Source: a plasmid. From it: DNA of 64,000 bases. The position numbers and the translations under genes are program-made. Under the pieces are notes generated by a model. The model was not told the DNA's origin. It saw nothing but the letters and a program-made list of their open reading frames with translations, and did no database searches. Where the stretch lies: sequence record NZ_CP018188.1. One strand, 5' to 3'. This document shows, one piece after another, positions 38,326-48,052 of the stretch. Position 1 is the first letter of the stretch, and every line of letters begins with the position of its first letter.

Positions 38326-40569
38326 ATGGGTGCAGAAGCAACAATTGAGATTGAACAAGGGAAGGTCTGGCCATCCCTATCAGATATGATCTCTCAATCG
38401 AAAGATTGGCCTAATGAAGTTGGTTCTAAAGGTTGGGGAGGTGACAAAGATAAAGAGCTATTATTGGCATCCTTTTATGCTCAGTGGGACCAATATCTCC
38501 ACCCAACAACAGGGGTATTTATAGCTTTTGGCTTTATTCCCGAGATGCTTTCAAAAGGTATCTATAGTTTTAGTTATGCGATAGAGAAAGCATACCTCAA
38601 CATGTTTAAGTTGTTCGGGATGTTTGATTATATTAGTCAGTCTGATAGCTTTGTTGGGCAGGTTTATAAGTGGCTTCAAATCGTTGGGATTTCATTATTT
38701 GTTCTGGTAACGCTCATTCGTCTTATAATGGCAATGGCAGGAGCACCTTTCAGGTATCGAGAATTCTTCAATCATATGATTCTGGTAACTTTCTCTGTTG
38801 CTTCACTTCCAGTGTTTGCTTCAAAATTTGGTAGTGCCATAGCGAAGGATACCGTAGGACTAGCCTATTATGACATAACTGGCAGTGGTCAGAGTGTTTC
38901 ACTTTCTGTGACACCATTTCGAAGTAACACAGTTGACCTTGAAATGCTGTATGCAATGGATTTTGATGCAGATAAGTTGGGCTATAATAAAGATACTCAT
39001 TTTATAGCTGGTGATAAAAACTGGAATTCTATTTCAGATGGTAACATTTGGTTCACTAATTTTACTGAAACCTATGGTCCAACCAATAAGGCAATGCTTC
39101 AGTACTATTCTGGACGTGAAGGACGAGTATCGTCGATAGCCAAATTCGTAGGAGTGCGAGAAGACGGTTCGGTTGACTGGGGACAACAAGTAAAAAATGG
39201 TATAGCCTTATCTAACCCGATAACTGCTCTTCTTCAAACCAGTAAAATATTTTTTACTGGTTGGAAAGAGGAATCGGAGTGGAAAGATAATCAAGAAAAA
39301 TCACCCTATAATGGTTTCTCTGATGTAATGAGATCCACGCTTAACACCATTCGTTATGCAGATGGTAAAATTGCTTATGCACGAGTTACCACTTCAAAAT
39401 CAGGTTATTTCCTTGGTTTTGATAATACTGCTTTCTTACCAACTTATGCCCGCTATAAAGTTGACTGGATAGCTCTGATCACTCAGCAAATTATTCTTTT
39501 ACTTTTGCTTATCGGATTGCTGGTAACTACGGTACGAATGATTTTCAAAACACTTATAACAGTGATTATTTCACCACTAGTTTCATACTCGGCTGTTGGA
39601 AATAGTATGCGTATCCTAGAGGTTTGGCAAGAAGTTATGACAGGAATTGCTGCCATCTGGTTCCAACTATTATTCGTAAAAATAGCACAATGGTTCTTAA
39701 TTACTTATAGTGAAGTGAAGCTCAATCTAGGTTCTGGAGCATCTGATGTTGCTAAGAAAACTCTGGGTGGAAGTTTCTATGATGGCTTAGATCCATTCCA
39801 ACATGCCATTGCGACGATTGCTGTTTACCTTGGTGTTTATCTTGCAGTTTCTCAAGGATCAAAAATTTTGGAACGCTGGCTAGGTATTGATACTAACCTT
39901 TCAAGTGGAACTAAGACTGGAGTTGCTACAATGGCTGTTGGTGCGATGGCTGCTAGTAAAATGGGTGGTGGTGCTAGAAACTTTGCTGTTGGTAAGTATA
40001 ATCCAACTACTGGAAGACGAAATCAAAGTGGCTTTAACCGTCTCAGAAATAGTGTTAGTAGTGGAACCAAAGTTGGTGTTAAGGGACTTAGGAGTGCTGG
40101 TAGCGTGGTAGGTTCGACCACAAATGGTATCAGACGAGGTGCCTTAACTGCTGCTGGTGCTACTGCTGGTACTGTAGCAGGTACTTGGAATGCAATGGCT
40201 GATAGAAGAGCTCATGGTCTTAAGTATAGAGAGATTGTTGGTCAGTCAATGAGTGCTACTGGACGCAATATGTTTAAAGGATTCAAAGACACTATTAAAT
40301 CTGGTAAAGAAGTTGTTAGCAATGAATTCAGGAATGCTGGTCAATCTATTAAGAGAGACTTCTCAAGCAGTTTCGGAGAAGGCTACACAAGTTCTAGAGA
40401 TAATGTCAGAGATAAAATCTTAAATAATACTGGTGGAGCAGGACGAATAACTCCAAAAGGGGATACTTCAAATATTACTCCTCCAACACAAAGCTTACCA
40501 AAGAAAAATAGCTTAGATAGTGATAGTCGATTCCAGAAATTTGATGCTGGAGAAGACGGTGAGTTGTGA
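38326..40569 (+). CDS. VirB6-like polytopic membrane protein (PrgH/TcpH/Tn916-Orf15-like), Gly/Ser-rich C-terminal tail
   Basis: 747 aa. Multiple TM helices in two clusters are separated by a large extracytoplasmic loop. The size and topology resemble Gram-positive VirB6 analogues. Confidence 0.5.
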   Translation: MGAEATIEIEQGKVWPSLSDMISQSKDWPNEVGSKGWGGDKDKELLLASFYAQWDQYLHPTTGVFIAFGFIPEMLSKGIYSFSYAIEKAYLNMFKLFGMFDYISQSDSFVGQVYKWLQIVGISLFVLVTLIRLIMAMAGAPFRYREFFNHMILVTFSVASLPVFASKFGSAIAKDTVGLAYYDITGSGQSVSLSVTPFRSNTVDLEMLYAMDFDADKLGYNKDTHFIAGDKNWNSISDGNIWFTNFTETYGPTNKAMLQYYSGREGRVSSIAKFVGVREDGSVDWGQQVKNGIALSNPITALLQTSKIFFTGWKEESEWKDNQEKSPYNGFSDVMRSTLNTIRYADGKIAYARVTTSKSGYFLGFDNTAFLPTYARYKVDWIALITQQIILLLLLIGLLVTTVRMIFKTLITVIISPLVSYSAVGNSMRILEVWQEVMTGIAAIWFQLLFVKIAQWFLITYSEVKLNLGSGASDVAKKTLGGSFYDGLDPFQHAIATIAVYLGVYLAVSQGSKILERWLGIDTNLSSGTKTGVATMAVGAMAASKMGGGARNFAVGKYNPTTGRRNQSGFNRLRNSVSSGTKVGVKGLRSAGSVVGSTTNGIRRGALTAAGATAGTVAGTWNAMADRRAHGLKYREIVGQSMSATGRNMFKGFKDTIKSGKEVVSNEFRNAGQSIKRDFSSSFGEGYTSSRDNVRDKILNNTGGAGRITPKGDTSNITPPTQSLPKKNSLDSDSRFQKFDAGEDGEL

Positions 40570-40580
40570 TAATAGTCTCA

Positions 40581-40612
40581 AAAAAACAAGCCTTGTGGCT
40601 TGTTTTTTATTT
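40581..40612. terminator. Bidirectional terminator between convergent genes
   Basis: AAAAAAACAAGCC-ttgt-GGCTTGTTTTTTAT. Confidence 0.55.
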
Positions 40613-40969
40613 CTTAACTAAAAATAAGAGGAAGAAAGGATTAAAGAGACTGATGATGAATAGGATAATACCACAGATTATTACTAAACCAAATACTGGG
40701 AAAAAGAAACTAGAAACAGCACCTACTAGGATTCCTATTGAATGGATGATGCCATGAAGTGTCATGAATAGACAAAATAGAGCAAACATTCCAGTAAGAG
40801 ACAACGAAAATTTAAACCAAATTGTTTCAGCAGCCTCACTTATCGTAGAAAAAAGAAGCGTAAGCAAGAAGCAAGCGATACCAATAAGTACTGAAAAAAG
40901 TAACCATTTTAATGAGGTCCAAGTGCTTATATATAGTGAAAAATAAAAATCTTGTAAAAAGTCTAGCAT
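40607..40969 (-). CDS. Small polytopic membrane protein (120 aa), opposite strand inside the block
   Basis: AGGAGGG RBS before ATG 40969. 3-4 hydrophobic helices. Confidence 0.5.
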   Translation of the reverse strand: MLDFLQDFYFSLYISTWTSLKWLLFSVLIGIACFLLTLLFSTISEAAETIWFKFSLSLTGMFALFCLFMTLHGIIHSIGILVGAVSSFFFPVFGLVIICGIILFIISLFNPFFLLFLVKK

Positions 40970-41176
40970 CCTAAAACCCTCCTAAAAAGATTATTGCGAT
41001 TGTATTTATTTGATTGTAACAGTTTTTTAGTAGCTAGACAAGGACAGAGAGCCCTAAATGGAAGGCGATTGTCAAAAACATGGAGAAGTAGGAGTAGCTA
41101 ATGGGTGTCACTGGGTTACGAACGTCCCATACCGTTTTGTAGAATAGGGAAGAATAATATTTATGGAGGAAATGAT

Positions 41177-41992
41177 ATGCCGGGTTTAATTGAAGAACCA
41201 GTATTGTCAAAAAAAGAGATTAAGAAACGAAAAAAAGAAGAGGCACGGAAAAGAAAACAAGAGAAGAAGAAGGAAAAGCAAACACAATTTGAAAGTATAG
41301 ACCTTGGTGAACGTGCCGGAGAAGAGTTTGTGTATGTCCCGCTCAATAAGAAAAAACGTAGAGATTTTTTAGACACTGTTGCGATTGCTGACGTGAAGTC
41401 TATTCTATATGGCTATCCTAATCAACCGATACGATTAGCTAATGGCTATTCAGGTTATGTGCAGATTTTTGAGGTGTTTGGGCAAGATATTCAAGCGATG
41501 TCTAATGAAGAACAAGCAGCTGTTAAGGTAGGCTTCACTCTTTTTCTGTCTGGTACTACCTTTGACATGATGCTTCAGACAACGAAATTACCAACAGATG
41601 TTTCAAGCCAATCTAACGAATTCCTACGTCTGCTGGATGAAGTCAAGCAAGAGCAGAATGCTCCAGAATTGATTATCAATGATGGCGATGATCTTGACAC
41701 AATTGCAAATAAAGAGAGACTTATTTATCAACTCAGGCAACGAGAAGATATTTTGAAAACAAAATATCTCGTACAACAAGTCGTTGCAATCAACCAACAA
41801 AATATCGAGTTCTTTATCTGGGTGTTTGGAGACACTCTGGCTGAAATAGATTCCAATACTCGTACCACCTTAACAATTGCTTCGAGCCACGGATTTGCCC
41901 CTAAAGTTGTATCTGTCGAAAAGAAGGAAGAGTTATTGACTCAATATTACAACTTTAATGATTCACTTAATGGTTCCCCTAACCAGTACTAG
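41177..41992 (+). CDS. Hypothetical protein with Lys/Glu-rich N-terminus
   Basis: GGAGGA RBS before ATG 41177. Highly charged N-terminal KKEIKKRKKEEARKRKQEKKKEK. Confidence 0.45.
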   Translation: MPGLIEEPVLSKKEIKKRKKEEARKRKQEKKKEKQTQFESIDLGERAGEEFVYVPLNKKKRRDFLDTVAIADVKSILYGYPNQPIRLANGYSGYVQIFEVFGQDIQAMSNEEQAAVKVGFTLFLSGTTFDMMLQTTKLPTDVSSQSNEFLRLLDEVKQEQNAPELIINDGDDLDTIANKERLIYQLRQREDILKTKYLVQQVVAINQQNIEFFIWVFGDTLAEIDSNTRTTLTIASSHGFAPKVVSVEKKEELLTQYYNFNDSLNGSPNQY

Positions 41993-42003
41993 AAGGAGTT
42001 TAC

Positions 42004-43965
42004 ATGGATTTAAGTTCACGAAAAATCAAGAAATATATTCGAGAGGGTTATGACCTCAATCTTATTAGTAGGATTCAAAGTGATATTCCAGATTTTAAAT
42101 ATGATGATAGATATTGGAGACAAGCAAATGGTTATTATAAGATTGCTCATGTTCCATATGACAGATATCCAGCACACGGTTTACCTGACTTTTGGATGAG
42201 TGATTTAATGCTCGTTGATAATGTAATCAGTTTTATGTCCTTAGAACATACTTTAAATAATGAAATGTCCGACTTAGCTTCAAAAGCTATTTCGAATATG
42301 TTAGCAACGCAAAATACAAAGGCTGCACAAGATGCAGATGATAAGAAGCGTATTGGTTCTTTATTAGGCTATCGCGAAAAACTTGATAATAATATTCCTT
42401 CTAAAAAAATCCACACTCGCTTTTTGTTAGCGGCAAACACATTGAATGAACTGGTAGAACGAGAAGCTGATCTGAAGCAACAGTTGAATCAGTATTCGAT
42501 TTCTTCTTCTGATGGCATGCAAGACGTCGAATATCATACAGCTTTTATTCCAGCTTCTCGATTGGAAGATACCCCACTACGTCGAAAAGGGCAAGCTGCA
42601 TCCGCCTGGGATTTAGGTGCTGGCTATCCTTTTAACCATACAAACTTAATGGATACCTATGGTGTTTACTTGGGTGAAACACGTACCGGTGGAGTAGTAA
42701 ACTTTGACCTTTTGCATGAAGATAGGGAACGTAAAATTCCTACAATGATGATTGCCGGAGCAGGTAATGGAAAAATGAAGTTGTTAGGTAATTTGATTGA
42801 TACCTATTTTGCTAAAGGACATACCATTTTTAACATTGATCTTACTGGTCACTTAAAAGACCTTACGGAACTTCAAGGTGGTCGATATGTTAAGATGTCT
42901 GGTACTAATAATCGAAATCATATTAACCTCATGCAAATTATTGCGACGGCTTCCTCTGCAGATGGAGAAACAACGGACCAGGTCCAGTCTTTCTATGCCC
43001 ACCGTAATAAACTACGTGCTTTAGCTCAAATTCTTGATCCAGGGTTAAAGAACTCTGACCTCAATAATTTGTCATCTGCTTTAAACGACTTTTATGAAGA
43101 CCGTAGTCTGTGGAACCGTAATGCAGAAGTCATGGACCAAGAAGACTTAACGATTACGAATGTTATTCCAGAAGATTATCCTACTCTATCTCATTGGGTA
43201 GAACGCTTAAACAAGCTTAAAGAGGACAAAATCGCAGAGGGGAATGAAATTGATGCTGCAAGTTATGACCGTCTCTTTAATGCTTTCTCTGGTCTATTGG
43301 GGGATTATCGCTTCTTAAATGCGACCTCACAGTTTGAAGATTTCTCAAATGAACAAGTTGTGACCTTTGACCTCTCTGGGATACAAGATACTGAACTTCT
43401 TAATATTCAGCTTTACCAAGTGTTATCTATCATTTCATCATACGCTGTAGCAAATGGAAGAAGGGTCTCTGAGTATTTCCGTAGAGGGATTATCGGGGGA
43501 GATAAGAGCCAACGACCTCATAGCATTATTACCATTAACGGAGCACATAAGCTCTTCAATTATCGTTATTCAGAGTCTCTTAACTTTCTAAAGGATTTGA
43601 TTGAGAATGTAAGTAGTAACTATTCTGCATTTATTATGGAAATGAGTTCGTTAGATAACATCCTCTTGAATGCAAACTCTACGGACGCAGTGGATTACGT
43701 TTTAGCGACACGCGCAATTTTCTCTATGATGACGTATCGTGTCTTTTCTCAATTAGGTGATTTGACTATCCCTCGTCTAGCAGATGCTTTACAAGGGGAA
43801 ATGACCGAGAGTGAACTTTCGTCACTTAAATATTTAAGAGATGGTGATTTCTTCCTAAATATTGCTTCTGTCAAGAACTTAGTCTTTAATCATCAGCTAG
43901 CGGATAATAGGTCTTATGGGAAGTATCCGTATGATGAACATGTTCGCTATGCATTCTTACCTTAG
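42004..43965 (+). CDS. VirB4-like ATPase candidate with non-canonical Walker A (GAGNGKM)
   Basis: 653 aa. P-loop-like IPTMMIAGAGNGKMKLLGNLI is followed by a DLTGH motif. The size and position are typical of T4SS VirB4/TrsE/PrgJ. The Walker A Ser/Thr is replaced by Met. Confidence 0.45.
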   Translation: MDLSSRKIKKYIREGYDLNLISRIQSDIPDFKYDDRYWRQANGYYKIAHVPYDRYPAHGLPDFWMSDLMLVDNVISFMSLEHTLNNEMSDLASKAISNMLATQNTKAAQDADDKKRIGSLLGYREKLDNNIPSKKIHTRFLLAANTLNELVEREADLKQQLNQYSISSSDGMQDVEYHTAFIPASRLEDTPLRRKGQAASAWDLGAGYPFNHTNLMDTYGVYLGETRTGGVVNFDLLHEDRERKIPTMMIAGAGNGKMKLLGNLIDTYFAKGHTIFNIDLTGHLKDLTELQGGRYVKMSGTNNRNHINLMQIIATASSADGETTDQVQSFYAHRNKLRALAQILDPGLKNSDLNNLSSALNDFYEDRSLWNRNAEVMDQEDLTITNVIPEDYPTLSHWVERLNKLKEDKIAEGNEIDAASYDRLFNAFSGLLGDYRFLNATSQFEDFSNEQVVTFDLSGIQDTELLNIQLYQVLSIISSYAVANGRRVSEYFRRGIIGGDKSQRPHSIITINGAHKLFNYRYSESLNFLKDLIENVSSNYSAFIMEMSSLDNILLNANSTDAVDYVLATRAIFSMMTYRVFSQLGDLTIPRLADALQGEMTESELSSLKYLRDGDFFLNIASVKNLVFNHQLADNRSYGKYPYDEHVRYAFLP

Positions 43966-43987
43966 AAATGGTGAAAGGGGAAATACA

Positions 43988-44293
43988 ATGAACCTACAGC
44001 AACCATATTCTGATGAGGCATTCCAACTACAAACTAAAATTCTGACAGAGGATAATCCGCATGATTTGGAAAGAATTGTAAATGATTACTTAGAGATCTT
44101 GGCTTACAAAAAGACCTGTCGTGTTGTTGATATTACTTATCAGATGCGAAAAACACATCTTTTAAGTAGTTTATGTGGCTTATTTGGAAGTCAGCAAGTG
44201 GATGAGTACTCAGCCATGATTATCTACCAAGAACCTGCTCGATTTGATTCGAGAATATTTGAAACAGAAGAAGTACCAGAGGAGGAAAATTAA
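43988..44293 (+). CDS. Hypothetical protein (101 aa)
   Basis: GAAAGGGG RBS before ATG 43988. Acidic C-terminus. Confidence 0.4.
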   Translation: MNLQQPYSDEAFQLQTKILTEDNPHDLERIVNDYLEILAYKKTCRVVDITYQMRKTHLLSSLCGLFGSQQVDEYSAMIIYQEPARFDSRIFETEEVPEEEN

Positions 44294-44296
44294 TCA

Positions 44297-44995
44297 ATGA
44301 CCACACTAATGCAACTGTCACTATGGGTTAACAATATATCTTATGACATTAAGACACTACGTTTCTTTAGGATAGTCTCCTTTATTATTAGTTTAGTTCT
44401 TGGTTTGGTTGGTTTCTATAGCTATCTCATGCTCTATCAGACACTTTTATTCGCCTACGGTGTTCATTTTATGGCTATTGCCTATACACCATATGTGTTT
44501 TGTGCCTTGACTGTAGCCCTTTATCAGCTACTTACTGGTAAGAGACGTGAACGTATCAAGAAAGCAAAGCATATTCTTATGTTTAGTCTTCTTCCTATTT
44601 GTTTGATGAACACCTGGGGCTTTATCACGCTAGTGACTTGGGGGCTTGCATGGGTTATGGCTAAACTAGAATATAACCATAGAAAACGAGCTGTTAAGGT
44701 CGTATCATTCTTCTCAAAGGAATATTCACCTCTTTTTGAAAAAAGATTGGCCAATCGAAGTAACTATTATGCTTATCAATCTGCTTATCGTCTCCTAGAC
44801 TTGATTCAGGTATCAGCTTATGAAGAACTCTTTAAGGAAGAAGTGACGGAAAAAGATTATAAAGCTGGTCTCGTTGTTAAGGAGTTACACCGTACTTTTA
44901 AAATCAAAGGTGTACCTTTTTCTAAGGTAACAGTAACAGATAAACTCTATATTGCTCCACAAAAAATGCCTATTATTGGCTTAAGGAGGTTTTGA
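44297..44995 (+). CDS. Membrane protein (232 aa)
   Basis: GAGGAGG RBS. 4 N-terminal hydrophobic helices. Confidence 0.45.
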   Translation: MTTLMQLSLWVNNISYDIKTLRFFRIVSFIISLVLGLVGFYSYLMLYQTLLFAYGVHFMAIAYTPYVFCALTVALYQLLTGKRRERIKKAKHILMFSLLPICLMNTWGFITLVTWGLAWVMAKLEYNHRKRAVKVVSFFSKEYSPLFEKRLANRSNYYAYQSAYRLLDLIQVSAYEELFKEEVTEKDYKAGLVVKELHRTFKIKGVPFSKVTVTDKLYIAPQKMPIIGLRRF

Positions 44996-44998
44996 TAT

Positions 44999-45421
44999 AT
45001 GGTATCTTATCGTTTTAAACGAGATGGTCAGTATATTCAGCGTGAACTAGAGCTAGATTCTCCTAATGATTATCAAGACCAAGGCTATCCGGAAAACCTC
45101 GAAGAGCAAGTAGATTATTCAGCGTTTTACGATACCTATTATGACGGTTTTGATGAGGACAGTATTTCACGTGAGCAAGAGAAAAAACAAGGTCTCATTG
45201 CGCGTGGGAAAGAAAGGTTATCCAGTGTCAAGGAGGATGTGACAGACTATTATAATTTGCAAGTGGAACGTCACAAAGACTATTACTCAGATGAAGATTC
45301 ATTTTGGATGCGAAAGCAACAACAAAAACGAAATCGAAAATTCATTAAACAAAGTATCTTTCTTGCCCTAGGACTTTTACTTGTATTTGGTTGGTATTGG
45401 CTAACCGCACTACTTCATTAA
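44999..45421 (+). CDS. Hypothetical protein with C-terminal TM anchor (140 aa)
   Basis: AAGGAGG RBS. Acidic N-terminus and a C-terminal helix (IFLALGLLLVFGWYWL). Confidence 0.4.
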   Translation: MVSYRFKRDGQYIQRELELDSPNDYQDQGYPENLEEQVDYSAFYDTYYDGFDEDSISREQEKKQGLIARGKERLSSVKEDVTDYYNLQVERHKDYYSDEDSFWMRKQQQKRNRKFIKQSIFLALGLLLVFGWYWLTALLH

Positions 45422-45438
45422 GGGGGTGACTAAGATAT

Positions 45439-47481
45439 TTGAAACGAATAGGTGATAAAGCTGCTCGTGTTCTTCTAACGATTTTTGGAGTGAAGACAAC
45501 CATTATTATAGGAACTATTTTAACTTTTGCGGTTATCTTAATTGCAATTATTACTGGTTTGATGGGCACGATTAGTACTTCAGGAGGAAATTCTGGAAAG
45601 ACTAACGCTCAATGTGTGACCTACCAAAAAGATGGCGATGAAGACGATGATGAAGAAGACGATGATGAAGGCTCTAAGCCTCAATCGACTTCTACTAAAA
45701 CTGACTCATCATCTGCAGGCGACTCTGATCCTTTTACGAAGGGAACAAAAGCTTATGAGAATGCCCACAAAGTCTTTATGGCTTTTGTGAATTCGGGAAT
45801 GTCCGGGGAATCTGCTGCAGGTGCAGTTGGTTGGGCAAACTCTGAAGGGAGCTATGATATCATTGGACGTGCCCAAGGGCATTATGGTAATGGTATCAAT
45901 GATTCCATTTCTAAAGGAGCTGTTCCAACGACAGGTGGTACATCAAATACGCTTGGGGGTGGTGGAATTTTCCAGTTTGACCCCTACACTAAATATGCAC
46001 CTCTTAATAGTCCTGATTGGGAAGATGCTGATAAGATGGTTGCCTTTGTTATCGATGCCATCTCAAAAGGTGACTGGAATCCAGCCTATGATGAATCTGG
46101 CCATAACTGGACATTTCAGGAGTTTGCCAAACAAACCAATATCGATGAAACGGCTATGTCATGGAATGCCTACGAACGAGGCAATATGGCTTATGTCAGA
46201 CCAGAGCAGAAGAAGGCGGATGCAAGGAAGTTTGCGGAAGTCTTTGAAGCAAGCAAGTATAAGTACGATGATGCCAAGTTCCAAAAAGCTTTTGGAGGTA
46301 GCGGTGCTTCTTCCAATAACTCCTCGTCAAGTAGTCAAAGTTCAGATGATGATGACGGTGACGACGATGAAGAAGATAGCGAGAACGAAGACGATGAGAG
46401 CGATAGCAGTTCATCAAGTGACTCTAGCAACAAAGATAGTAAAAAAGACAGTGACAAGGACAAAAAATCTATTGATACTGACAAAGCTATCAAGTGGTAT
46501 AAGGATAAGCTAGGCAAGGTCAAGTATTCTCGTGATGCTCGTACTGGACCAGATAGCTACGACCATTCATCTGCTCTTTACTATGCTCTTGTTGACGGAG
46601 GTGCTAAAGAATCTGGATCTCCAGTAGATACCGATTCAGAACACGACTGGTTGAAAGACAATGGTTATGAATTGGTGTATGAGGGAGCGTGGTCGTCCAA
46701 AGATGATGTTCAAAACCGTGAAAAAGGAGATGTCATTATCTGGGGTACGAAAGGAAGTAGCTCCGGAGATAAAGGACAGACCATGCTAGTTGAGGATAAG
46801 GAGAATATTATCCAATGTTCCCCTTCAAGAGATGGGATTGCTGAGAATAATTATGGCCAATATCGAGACCGTATTACTATGGACTACGGAAAAGTCTATG
46901 TCTATCGTCCGAAAGACAAGAAGGATAAGGATGATGACAAGGAAGAAGTAGATGCAGATACGTGTGGTGACAGCGATAGTAGTAATCTCAGCACTGATAC
47001 TGGTCAGCCACTTGATGTTCCTTATACCATTACCCAACTTTTCGGTGCAGCAGCTAATGCAGGTGGTCCAAATGCGGGTTCAGGACACACAGGAATGGAC
47101 CTTGCAGCACCAGAAGGCTCTCCAATTTATGCCGTAACAGACGGTGAAGTAGTAGAGGTCAATGAAGAGGCGATGAATATCGACGGTAACCACGTGATGC
47201 ACACTCTTCCAGATGGCACTATTATCTATTATGGACATATGCGTGATGTTCCTCTTGTTAAGAAAGGGGATAAGGTCAAAAAAGGCCAACTTATCGGATA
47301 TGTTGGACAAACGGGTGCAGCTACTGGGCCACATATTCACTTTGAACGTCGGAAAACGAAAGTCTTTCAGTACGGTGATTTCTTGAGTCCAGCATCAATT
47401 ATTTTAGGAGATACCCAACCACAAGTTGGTATGGTGATTGATCCTAAAACACAAAAAGGTGGAGCACCATCTAAAGAATAG
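45439..47481 (+). CDS. Multi-domain T4SS-type cell-wall hydrolase (PrgK/CwlT-like)
   Basis: N-terminal TM anchor, two acidic low-complexity linkers, a lysozyme/SLT-like region, an NlpC/P60-like segment with the Cys position replaced (SYDHSSALYY), and a C-terminal M23 peptidase. The M23 zinc motifs are intact (HTGMDLAAPEGSPIYA ... GHM ... GPHIHFE). AAGGGGGTG RBS with TTG start. Confidence 0.75.
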   Translation: MKRIGDKAARVLLTIFGVKTTIIIGTILTFAVILIAIITGLMGTISTSGGNSGKTNAQCVTYQKDGDEDDDEEDDDEGSKPQSTSTKTDSSSAGDSDPFTKGTKAYENAHKVFMAFVNSGMSGESAAGAVGWANSEGSYDIIGRAQGHYGNGINDSISKGAVPTTGGTSNTLGGGGIFQFDPYTKYAPLNSPDWEDADKMVAFVIDAISKGDWNPAYDESGHNWTFQEFAKQTNIDETAMSWNAYERGNMAYVRPEQKKADARKFAEVFEASKYKYDDAKFQKAFGGSGASSNNSSSSSQSSDDDDGDDDEEDSENEDDESDSSSSSDSSNKDSKKDSDKDKKSIDTDKAIKWYKDKLGKVKYSRDARTGPDSYDHSSALYYALVDGGAKESGSPVDTDSEHDWLKDNGYELVYEGAWSSKDDVQNREKGDVIIWGTKGSSSGDKGQTMLVEDKENIIQCSPSRDGIAENNYGQYRDRITMDYGKVYVYRPKDKKDKDDDKEEVDADTCGDSDSSNLSTDTGQPLDVPYTITQLFGAAANAGGPNAGSGHTGMDLAAPEGSPIYAVTDGEVVEVNEEAMNIDGNHVMHTLPDGTIIYYGHMRDVPLVKKGDKVKKGQLIGYVGQTGAATGPHIHFERRKTKVFQYGDFLSPASIILGDTQPQVGMVIDPKTQKGGAPSKE

Positions 47482-47838
47482 ATTGCAATTGTTATCAATG
47501 GTTTTTTCTCCAAGTTATCTTCCACTAAGTAACCTAACTGTTAGTGAAAATTAGGCGAAATCATACATAAACATATTTATGTATACACTAAAAAGGAGTC
47601 TGAGGATTCCTTTTTAGTGACTAGATTCTTCGTATGGAATATCAGAGGATGACCTTAATAATTTAGAAAAGCCAGCTCCCTTCATTATTAGGATAGCTGG
47701 CTTTTGGGAAATGGCTTTTATTGTATGAATTTGATATACTTTTATATGTAGAAAAGTGATAGACGGTGGCTTTCATTCATTAGAGAGGAGTGATGCCTAT
47801 GGGCAAGCATTCGAAATCTAGTAGAAAGGAGAGCCGTT

Positions 47839-47943
47839 TTGACAGCGTTTGAGGTTGTACAAACCATTCTAGGCTTTGGTAGTTTTACTATTGCTCTTAT
47901 TGGTTTATGCTACAAGCTCTTTAAGAACGATGACAAAAAATAA
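47839..47943 (+). CDS. Candidate type I toxin, Fst/Ldr-like small hydrophobic peptide (34 aa)
   Basis: GGAGAG RBS with TTG start. Product (M)TAFEVVQTILGFGSFTIALIGLCYKLFKNDDKK has a single TM helix plus a charged C-terminal tail. It is followed immediately by a bidirectional terminator and faces a convergent promoter. Confidence 0.4.
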   Translation: MTAFEVVQTILGFGSFTIALIGLCYKLFKNDDKK

Positions 47944-47986
47944 TCCGTCCCCACTTTTGGCGAAGTAAGACGGATTATTTTCGTTT
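47942..47986. terminator. Bidirectional intrinsic terminator
   Basis: AATCCGTC ... GACGGATT is an 8-bp stem with T-runs on both sides. Confidence 0.55.
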
Positions 47987-48052
47987 AAAACTAGCCACCG
48001 TCTTTTAAACGGATCTACGTAGAAGCTGATCGTACACTCAGTTTCTTTTTGT
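47945..48052 (-). ncRNA. Predicted antisense (antitoxin) sRNA convergent with the Fst-like toxin
   Basis: Minus-strand promoter with -35 TTGACA (reverse complement of 48084-48089), a 17-nt spacer and -10 TAGAAT (reverse complement of 48060-48065). The transcript would run into the shared terminator and overlap the toxin 3' end. Confidence 0.25.

Noticed and set aside
45821-46523. Alternative-frame ORFs (230 aa on the + strand, plus 62- and 73-aa ORFs on the - strand) inside the hydrolase gene
   Set aside because: They arise from the low-complexity GA-rich/acidic repeat DNA. They lack an RBS and lie wholly within a well-supported CDS.
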